In this document: positions 39,704 to 48,303 of the stretch, piece after piece
Numbering within the stretch: the stretch's first letter is position 1
Layout of the letters: each line of letters starts with the position of its first letter
The notes under the pieces: generated by a model
The model's database searches: none
The model's input: only the letters and a program-made list of their open reading frames with translations
Told to the model about the DNA's origin: nothing
Assembly (NCBI RefSeq): GCF_028641065.1
Contig: NC_073407.1
Coordinates: forward strand, 20,956,001 to 21,020,000
DNA from: Leucoraja erinacea
Taxonomy: Eukaryota
Direction: 5' to 3'
Length of the DNA stretch: 64,000 bases
Made by a program: the position numbers and the translations under genes

Positions 39704-40114
39704 ACCTCGAGACAAGAGCATCTGGGAAGCCGCTGCAGACCTCCTCTTGAGACCCAGCAAGGGGGAGCCCGAGAAATCTCCGTAGTGGGAGCCGCACGAT
39801 GAGTCGGTGTCGACTGGTTCCGAAGAGCTCTCCTGGCTGCTCCTGACCTTTGCTCTCCGGTTGACCTTCATGCTCTCCAGCGAGTGCAGGCGGAGCAGCC
39901 GGCTCTGCCGCGGAGGCTTCGGTTTCACCGGTGGTCGTGGGATTAAAGGCACCTCCAGTCCTTGCACCCCATGGCCCAACTCTTCCGAAGGGTATATCGC
40001 AGTGTCACCAAGGAATGGGGTGGATCCCTCCATGTCCTCTGGACAAACTCTGCTGTCCAACTCAGCGATCAGGTTTGAGGTGCCGTGCACCAGCAGTTCC
40101 ATCTGGTCACTCAT
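26974..40114 (-). CDS. INPP5E: Inositol polyphosphate 5-phosphatase E (ciliary type IV 5-phosphatase), 10 coding exons, ~643 aa
   Basis: Exons (minus): 39303-40114, 35049-35172, 34157-34254, 33259-33383, 31793-31912, 30852-30959, 28804-28965, 28338-28453, 27375-27511, 26974-27103 (1932 nt, open frame). 5-phosphatase motifs [24 protein letters not shown] and SDHRPV; FDRDIYI resembling the ciliary-targeting motif; C-terminal CaaX CSVS. Confidence 0.96.
27375..27511 (-). CDS. INPP5E: INPP5E exon (DRIIYK...SDHRPVY...RPGKD)
   Basis: GT-AG boundaries, 137 nt. Confidence 0.95.
28338..28453 (-). CDS. INPP5E: INPP5E exon ([20 protein letters not shown]...RTPSYT)
   Basis: GT-AG boundaries, 116 nt. 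Confidence 0.96.
28804..28965 (-). CDS. INPP5E: INPP5E exon ([19 protein letters not shown]...)
   Basis: GT-AG boundaries, 162 nt, catalytic motif. Confidence 0.96.
30852..30959 (-). CDS. INPP5E: INPP5E exon ([12 protein letters not shown]...YRSNP)
   Basis: GT-AG boundaries, 108 nt. Confidence 0.93.
31793..31912 (-). CDS. INPP5E: INPP5E exon ([21 protein letters not shown]...SHFT)
   Basis: GT-AG boundaries, 120 nt. Confidence 0.95.
32942..33160 (+). mobile_element. HE1-like SINE copy, internally deleted
   Basis: ggcatggtgacacagcgg...gggttcgatcc...ggccgaagggcctgtttcc. Confidence 0.75.
33259..33383 (-). CDS. INPP5E: INPP5E exon ([18 protein letters not shown]...[10 protein letters not shown])
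   Basis: GT-AG boundaries, 125 nt. Confidence 0.94.
33694..33980 (-). mobile_element. Penelope-like pseudo-LTR copy with a hammerhead-like core
   Basis: Same family as the terminal region at 44250-44443; contains CTGAAGAAGGGTTTTGGCCCGAAACGTC (33792-33819, minus). Confidence 0.75.
34157..34254 (-). CDS. INPP5E: INPP5E exon ([12 protein letters not shown]...[10 protein letters not shown])
   Basis: GT-AG boundaries, 98 nt. Confidence 0.94.
34525..34706. mobile_element. Palindromic pLTR-derived insertion with ~15-bp TSD, nested in a CR1 tail
   Basis: Flanked by tccctttaaatcttt (34510-34524) and tccctataaatcttt (34707-34721). Confidence 0.8.
35049..35172 (-). CDS. INPP5E: INPP5E exon ([15 protein letters not shown]...[10 protein letters not shown])
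   Basis: GT-AG boundaries, 124 nt, TWN motif. Confidence 0.93.
35385..36225 (-). mobile_element. Penelope-like element, 5' ORF remnant
   Basis: Degenerate minus-strand translation [17 protein letters not shown]...[26 protein letters not shown] resembles the N-terminal part of Penelope ORFs; GC-rich, with stops and frameshifts. Confidence 0.65.
36553..37725 (-). mobile_element. CR1-type LINE fragments (rearranged), nested in an older plus-strand CR1 (~36420-36547 and ~38056-38400)
   Basis: ORFs 36639..37022, 37147..37491 and 37539..37730 translate as CR1 ORF2 C-terminal segments ([31 protein letters not shown]). Confidence 0.88.
37746..38053 (-). mobile_element. HE1-like SINE copy
   Basis: Reverse complement of the 20601 family (ggatcgaaccc B-box, ccactgtgcc 5' end). 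Confidence 0.8.
39303..40114 (-). CDS. INPP5E: INPP5E coding exon 1 (Pro/Ser-rich N-terminus)
   Basis: Within ORF 39281..40147; AAAATGA start, GCAG|GTACGA donor, phase 2. Exon probably begins at the acceptor at 40362. Confidence 0.85.
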
Positions 40115-42717
40115 TTTCACATAACAGTGAGACTTTCTACCAAGCAAAGTGTGTGCAGTTGGGAACCACCTGATATTAATGCCTCTCCCAGGTTAGAAAA
40201 ACACTTAGAGGTGCTCTGTTCCCACCGTCTGTGATCCTCTGTGCAGACTGCCACATCCTATGATTTGTGTGGAGGGACCAGGCGAGATCAACAGCTTAAA
40301 CAGGTGCAGTAGTGGAGTCCTGATTGGTTTCCAGAGGTTCCAGGGACGCCACACAACAGCACCTAACGTAAAACAAACAGAACTGAGGACATTTGGAATG
40401 AATGGTATTACATTTATTTATGTAATGTCTTTAAAAAAAGACCTTCTAACTCAGAAGTGAGAGCAATGAACCCCAACTTCCATTTTGGTGATGGGCAAAG
40501 GATCCCAGGACATTTCGCAGAGGGAACACATGCCCATTGCTTGTGCAAATAAACGTGAAGAATGGGCATTAGATCAATAATGTAGATTTGATCGAGAGAA
40601 ATTTTAATCTTTGTAAGTATAAAAATCAGAAACCGAGTCAAGAATGGACAAAAGATATAGCAAGCAGATTCAGTTAAATCTCCCAAAAGCGACCTTGGCG
40701 GATGAAACTCAGTGTTCTGTCACCAGTTGGTGCTGGTCGCGTGTAATACTGTGCTCCACCTTCTGTTGCCATCCACTGGGAGAGTGTAACCAAGGGCTTC
40801 CCTCCTCTCACCTCACCAAATGGCCCAACCCACGGTCTCACTGTACAAGTGTGCGTAGCGGTGCCACTTCCAACTCCCAGACGCACCTTTCTCGCGTCGG
40901 TCCAGCATCGCCGGAGTAGACATGAATGAATGATTTCACGAGGAGGCGCCCATCTGGGTGGGTTATTATGTATTGCCATGAAAGTCACCAGTGTGCCCTG
41001 TTTCTCGGGTGAACCGTTTCAGGATCTGTTGAGGAAAAAAACAACTAGAAAGTGTGCAGAGCAAAGTGACTGGGGGCGAGGGACTTCAATGTGAAAACAT
41101 GAAAGAACCTGGAAATGTTCACCTTGGCACAAAGGAGGGAAAAGACCGTTGAAAAAGAGGTGTTCAAAATCATGAAGGGGTTTGACAGGGTAAATAAGGA
41201 GGAGCAACTTCCATTGGTAGGAGAGTTACGAGTCAGAAAGTAGAAGAGGGGATTCAGTTATCATCTTATGGCACTGCCTGTAAGCCTGGTGGTACCACAT
41301 TCAGATGGATACTTGTGGGGAACAATTTGCAGGACATGGCAGAGCAGAGGGTTGTAGGGAAAACTGGATAACTGGCACGAGCCATAATGGGCTGAATCAC
41401 TTCCTTCCTTGCTATCATTAGAATTTTTAGAAAAAAACATTTATAGATAAAACTGCCATTTACACAGGACTTTTCACAATATCCACATTCCATATGTACG
41501 TTTTATTTCCAATTTCAGGTAACTCACAGCCCCTGTGTCCTGTTCTCTCTTCCCATCCACCCTGATCCTTTCACGCACATCTGGTCCTTCCCAGCTCCCT
41601 ATTACTCCATTTATTTCCCATCCTCCACACCCACTTCATCTGACAATCACCCACACACCCCTCCCACCCTGCATAATGAAAGATGAAAATAGTTGACCAA
41701 AAGCTTGCTCTAAAATCTGAATGCAGAGAGATTTGGAAAGGAACTTCCAGAACTCGGGGTTAGGAACATGGAAAGCCCATTGTGGAGCATATAAAACTGG
41801 GGACATGCATAAACTGGGTAACAGAGGTAATATCAGAGCTTCAGTCAGATCTCATATCCTCAAGTCTCTCTATCTTGAGTTGCTTAAGAGGCGAGAGGCA
41901 CTTTTTTGGCATATGCTTTTGCCTTCAGGCTTGGTGCAACATTTAATATATTCTTGTACATGGGAAAGAATGAGTCACTGAAAGCCTTTGAAGACTAAAT
42001 AATTCTGTAACAACTGTGTCCCCGGGAACCAGATTTGATCAACAAACACAGTAGTATTGAGTGATAAGGAGCTGGTATGAGTTGGGGTATAGGCACCCAA
42101 GTTTTGGATGAGCTGAGGGTGGATGATTAGAGCCTAACCAGGAGACAGACTTGGACCCATTTCAGTTCTATACGCCTCAGGGCTACATCAGCTTAGCGAT
42201 TTATCGTCAAGAAATCAGGCTTGGTCCTATTTACATGTGACCTCCTCAAACTCCCCCTCACCTGCATCTACCCGAGACCTCCCTTAACCTGCATCCACAA
42301 CAGACCTCCCTCACCTGTATCTACCGCAGATCTCCCCCTTATTCACCTCAAATCCCTTCTCACCCGCCACATTCCAGACGCTGTCCCGCCCCCGCCTCTT
42401 TTCCAGCTTTCTCTTCCCTACTACATTCAGTCTGAAGAGGGGTCCCGACCCGAACAGTCGCCTATGTCTGTCAGTCAGTCTGTCTGCCTATCCCCACACC
42501 ACAGACGCTGCCTGACCCGCTTGACTCCACCGCTCTCTCTCCTGCGGCTGCCCAGGCTGGTGTCATGTCCCCCGCGGAGGGAGGCTGGCCTCAGCCCCGG
42601 GAGAAGTGCGTCGCCTTGCGGCAGTAGCTGAGGGAGTGAGGGAGGGAGGGTTGGGAGCAGCCGGAGAGGGGGAGCGGGACTCGACCGACGGGTAAACACT
42701 TTAATCCGCGCTTCCCA

Positions 42718-43230
42718 CCCCACCTACCTCACTCACACACACACACTCCGGCCCCGCTCCCCCACCTACCTCACTCACTCACACGCCGGCCCAGCTCCCC
42801 GCGCTGCCTCCCTCACTCACACTCCGGCCCCGCTCCCCCACCTACCTCACTCACTCACTCACACACACTCCGGCCCCGCTCCCCCACCTACCTCACTCAC
42901 TCACTCACACACACAGAGTGATGCTCTCTCTCACTCACTCACACACAGAGTGATGCTCACCTACCTCACTCACTCACTCACACACACTCCGGCCCCGCTC
43001 CCCCACCTACCTCACTCACTCACTCACACTCCGGCCCCCGCTCCCCCACCTACCTCACTCACTCTCACACACACACTCCGGCCCCGCTCCCGCGCTGCCT
43101 CCCTCACACACACACGCCGGCCCCGCTCCCCCACCTACCTCACTCACTCACTCACACACACTCCGGCCCCGCTCCCCCACCTACCTCACCCACTCACTCA
43201 CACTCCGGCCCCGCTCCCCGCGCTGCCTCT
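42718..43230. repeat. Minisatellite (~45-bp variable unit ccccacctacctcactcactcac(ac)nactccggccccgct) at the CpG-rich 5' end of INPP5E
   Basis: About ten degenerate units are visible directly in the sequence. Confidence 0.9.
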
Positions 43231-43249
43231 CCGCTCCCGACAGTCGGAG

Positions 43250-43284
43250 CCAAAGATCTTATAGCGGAGCTCTAAGATCTTTGG
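43250..43284. mobile_element. 35-bp hairpin micro-element with 6-bp TSD
   Basis: ccaaagatcttatagc-gga-gctctaagatctttgg, flanked by tcggag (43244-43249 and 43285-43290). Confidence 0.75.
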
Positions 43285-43689
43285 TCGGAGCCATGAAACA
43301 AGCTGCGGCCCCTAGCAACACGGTGCGGCGCGGGGCATGGCGGGCACGTGGAGGACCGGCCCGGAGGACAGCGGCGCTCGGTGGCTGCGTGGTGCATTCC
43401 GGGATACTGGAGGACCCAGGGCAGCCCAGGGCGGTCAGTCAAGTCAAGTTTATTTGTCACATACACATACGAGATGTGCAGTGAAATGAAAGTGGCAATG
43501 CTCGCGGACTTTTGTGCAAAAGACAAACAACAAAACAACCAAACAAATTATAAACACAATCATAACACACATATTCTTTTATTCTGTTATTTTTGAGGTT
43601 TATCAGTGAGAATCTGGAGCAAAGAGCCCCTCTATAATCTTTGATCTGGAGTGTGAAGAGGGGGCTCCACCCGAAACATTCCTTTCCAC

Positions 43690-44443
43690 TATTGGCCACA
43701 TCTTCCTCCCCCCCCTCCCCCTCCAGTTTAAATTCCATTTGGAATATTTTGGAGGACCAAGAAACAAGAACCCTTTCTGCTTGCCGCAGAGACCGTTCCC
43801 TCTGCAACTCCCTGGTCAACTCGTCCCTTCCCACCTAAACCACCCCCTCCCCAGGTACTTTCCCCTGCAAATGCAGGAGATGCTCCACCTGTCCCTTTAA
43901 CTGCCCCCTCGACTCCATCCTGGGATCCCCACTGTCTTTCCAGGTGAGGCAGAGGTTCACTTGCACCTCCTCCAACCTCATCTGCTGTATCCGCTGTTCC
44001 AGGTGTCAACTTCTTCTGTACATCGGCACTGGGCGATCGTTTCGCTGAACAACTCCACTCAGTCCACCTTAACCTACCTGATATCCCGGTTGCTCAGCAC
44101 TTCAACTCCCCCTCCCAATTTGACCTTTCTGCCCTGTCCTCCATTGTCAGAGTGAGGCCCAGCACAAATTGGAGGAACAGCACCTCATATTTTGCTTGGG
44201 TAGCTTACACGCCAACGGTATGAACATTGACTTATCTAACTTCAAATAGCCCTAGCTTTCCCTCTCTCCATCCCCTCCCCCTTCCCAGTTCTCCCACCAG
44301 ACTTACTGTCTGACTACATTCTATCTGTCTTCCCCACTCCCCTGGCATCAGGTCTTCAGCAGGGTCTCGACCCGAACCGTCACCCATTCCTTCTCTCCAG
44401 ACATGGTGCCTGTCCCGCTGAGTTACTCCAGCATTTTGTGTCC
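43690..44443 (+). mobile_element. Penelope-like retroelement 3' remnant (GIY-YIG endonuclease plus pseudo-LTR)
   Basis: Degenerate translation RRDRSLCNSLVNSSLP, PGTFPCKCRRCSTCP, FQVRQRFTCTSSNLICCIRCSRCQLLLYIG, KLEEQHLIFCLGSLHANGMNIDLSNFK*. It is followed by the same terminal sequence (gggtctcgacccgaa...ccgctgagttactccagcattttgtgt) that is dispersed through the window. Confidence 0.85.
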
Positions 44444-47400
44444 TTGTCTACAGCAAGAAGCCTTGTTTTGTATGCTATCCAATTAGATCAGATAATACTC
44501 TACATAAATACAATCAAGCCTAACTCAAGTACAATAGGTATAACAAAGGGGAAGATAGTTATAGTTCTCAGGATTGTAGCACAACAGTTCCAGCGAAAAT
44601 GTCCAATGTCCACTACTTGATAAAGATGAATCGGACAGTAAATTAGGGTACGTATTTGAGCCCTCCATTAAGGTTCATTGCACCAGTGTGTCTCCTGCCC
44701 ATTCGAATACAGGAAACCCTCACAAAGCCTTGCCATTGATTGGAAGCACTGAGCTGTCGTCACAGACTGCAGCCCAACAGGATCACTGGAATAAATGCTG
44801 TCCTGCAATCATCTCAGATGAATGAGACCAGATGAGGTATGACCTGCACAGACCGATCACAACAGGGTGATCTGCAAGGTCATTGTTTTTGCAAACAAAT
44901 CAAACTTCTGACAGTTCAGGTGAATATTAAATGCTTGAGATCCCATGGAAATAGGAACAGGATGCCAGGCCAACAATCCTCAAGCATCATGATTAGATTA
45001 AATGGTCATTACCTCAGATGCTGTGCATACCAAATTTGCACAAACTTCAGTGGGTTCTGTGTTTTCCTCCACCTCCCAAGGGTGATTCGTAGGTTAAACG
45101 ACTAGTAATTTATCTCTAGAGTGGGTGGGTGCTAGAAACTTGGTAGATCAACTCATGTAAGAGAATAGATTACAAGAATAACTTGGGAATGAAATGGAAG
45201 GGTCTGTTTGCAAAATTGCAAATATAAAATGACTCAATTTTTAATCGAAACAAAATGGTGGAAATACAAATCTAGGGCAGGAGAAACAGATCCTTAGTCA
45301 GACAAAAAGAAAGAGGGGGAAAACATTAGGACAAGTTGCAGAGAGTGTGAGGGAAGGGCAGATTGGTATAAAGTGAATCTGATAGGCAAGGCCCAGATTG
45401 CCAGGTGGTATGTTATCTAGGTCCTTCATTCAATGGGAGAGGCAGAGGATAAAATGTGTTGCACACAGCAAGGGTGTGGGACATGCCAAACAAGTTAAGA
45501 TGCACTTACGAAGGAAAAAAAAAATGGATGACTTACAGCAGGATTGGCCACTTTGGATATAGATAGAGAATGCTTCAAGTGGCCAGACAGGAATTAAGGT
45601 GCTGTTCCTTTTATACTGCACCTGGACATGTTGCAACCTTCCTTTCAACTGATGCTGAGTATTTCCAGCATTCTGTTTTTGTTTCAGTTTTCCAGCATCT
45701 GCAGTTTGATTTTGAGACTTTTAAGTATTGCGTCTAGAGATACAAGACAAATTCCACTAAAAGCCACCGCACAAAATAATTTACATTAATAGCACAAAGC
45801 ATAATAGTAATTTTATCTGTCCCCATTTAATGTAACCCTTCTCTTATCTCAGTCAGAGAGATTCAACGCCCAAAAGAAGGCTTCAACTCACCAATCTGCA
45901 CCATCCATCAAGCAACCCGTTTATTAATCCCACTTAATATTTGCTCCACATTCTTACCTCCTGCTCTCAGGGTGTTACAAGTCACCTACACAGTAAGGGC
46001 AATTAGCACTGGCCATTTTGCTGATCAACCTGCGTGTCTTTAGGATGTGGGATGAAACCAGAGTGATCACAGAGAGAACATGAAAACTCCACAGGCTGCA
46101 GCAAGTCGTTTGATCAGCTGAGAAGGTTGTTGGCTGCAACCTTCACCACCCCCCCCCCCCCCTGACAAACTGTACACTGCAATTGCCAGGAAGCGAGCGG
46201 GTACGATCATCTCTGACCTCTCACCCTGGCCGCAAACTCTTTGAAGCACTTCCCTCTGGCAGGCGACTCCGGACTGCCACAGCCAGACATAATAACAGCT
46301 TTTTTTCCCCCACGAGCAGTAGCTCTACTCAATAACCAAAAGTCCATAAACTCCTTTTACTCTGGTATTTTGTCATTCACATGTTTAAACTATAATGTTT
46401 TATTCTTAATGTTTCATGTTTTATTCTTAATGGTTTACTGTACGTCGTCTTGTTACTTGCGAGCGGAGCACCAAGGCAAATTTCTTGTATGTGTATATAC
46501 TTGGCCAATAAACTTATTAATTCACACAAAATAGCATTGCACGAGGTCAAGATTGAGCCTGGGCCTCTGACTCAGTGAGGCAATGTCTAATTAACATTGA
46601 TCTAAATTGTTACTGCCTTGGTTTAATGTTTGAAAAGAGCACCATCTATGCTGCCCTTCTCATATGCATGCACCTTCTCTTAGAGCCTTTACATCATCTA
46701 ACTCCTTATCATCACCAGCATCTAGATCCAACACAGGGTGATTTTTTTTTAGTGTATATTAGTTTGTTGCCATTTCTTCATTCAGGAGCTGTTTGGAACT
46801 AGACATTTATATGTCAAAAAGGTCTCAATTTTGAATCCCTCCCTCAGACATTCCTGAACAAGAAATTTATTTGAACTGTAGTTTCTCGTAGTCAAATCCT
46901 CTGGTTGTAGTAAATTTCCCTTGAATTCTCTCCAGGGCTTTGCACTGTTAATAGATTGCAACTAATAGGAGGTCTGCATCTTACGTTGTGCTTTTGTACT
47001 GCTGTTCCAAGGGCAGCTGGGTTTACATGGGGAAGCTCGATGGAAGTGCAGTCACTGTCTTACAACAAAATGCAGTCCCAGCAAATGGTTAAAAGTGTTC
47101 CAGAACGCAAAATATTTTATTTCATTTTACAGTGTGCATCCTTAAAACATAAGAAAATAAACTCCTTAGGCAAGAAAGCCTCCGAATTTGAAATACTGTG
47201 CAGTCTTCACAAGAGAAATTAATTCTTTGGAATCAAAAAGTAGCGACATTGGGATACAGTTAAAGACAGTGGGTCTGGGGGTTAGAATGGAGGCAAGAGG
47301 GTAAAGGGGGGTGGGGGGGTTGGGGGGAGGAAAGAAAATCACATTGAAGGGCATTAGATCAGCTGATTTCATTCTGTACATTACGATTCCAAAATTGCAC

Positions 47401-48234
47401 TGTATTTTCATGGTGATTTTGTATGTTGCTGCCTAACATACAAATTTGCATATCACCTTCGGAATACTGTTGAATTTGAGGGGCTTTCAGTTTGAGGCCA
47501 CTGCCCCCAACTCCCTTCAAGTAGTTAGACATTTCTAACCACTTCCTGCCATGTCTGTCACGCCATTTTCCAGAATAAGAGAGAGAGCGAGAGAACTTCT
47601 ATATTACATCTCTAAAATTTATTCACACAGTACTCCAGATATTTCAAAGTATTAATGTACAACAGGTGGATCTGGCTATACAGTACTCTTTTACAACAGC
47701 CTTATATATTACCTAAATACAAATGGTCAGAGTCAATCTTTTAATTATTTCTATCTGTTAACCCTCCCTCGGAAATCCCCCCTCCAAAGAAAAACTTCAA
47801 GTACATTTTTGCTGTTTTGAAACAAATGCTACCGCCAACCTAAAATTTTGAGCCGGGCTCTTCTGGGTGTGCCATTATCTGCTTACGCCATTTAGACTTC
47901 ACGGTAGACATTCTCACATTTACAGTCACATTCAAAGGGGACGCGTTTCTTTTTAAATCGCAATGCAATGTGACTGCAAGCCCTCCACATACAGCACCTC
48001 CCAATGTCTAGAAAAAACATTGTATTTTATACAGGGTCATATTCAATCCTTAGGCACCTCTCAACGAGGTTTGCAGCTCAAAAATTGTCCTGTCTTGGAG
48101 CCCTTACAATCTAATGTTTTTAAACGTACATCGGTCTGGTTTAATCAACTGTATTTGCCCAGAACACATCACCTGCACCCATCCCTATTAAGGGTTTACA
48201 ATATTATTTATTCCAGGGTTCGTTTTAGATTTCT

Positions 48235-48303
48235 TTATTTTAACGTTGGATATTTTCTTTGCCCGAACCGTCCTGATCGAGAAGCTGTAGTGCTGGCTGT
48301 GGG
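48235..48303 (-). CDS. SEC16A: SEC16A last coding exon (PTASTTASRSGRFGQRKYPTLK*)
   Basis: ttccag|CCC acceptor, TAA at 48235-48237. Confidence 0.88.
   Translation of the reverse strand, partial: PTASTTASRSGRFGQRKYPTLK

Larger units (their letters stand above)
42540..43430 (-). promoter_or_regulatory. Putative INPP5E promoter and non-coding first exon region
   Basis: Native CpG-rich island ~2.2-3 kb upstream of the acceptor at 40362, with minus-strand donor motifs GAG|GTAGGT. The TSS position is inferred, not observed. Confidence 0.55.

Noticed and set aside
42718-43230. Regularly spaced repeats resembling a CRISPR array
   Set aside because: The context is eukaryotic, there are no unique spacers or cas genes, and it is a minisatellite.
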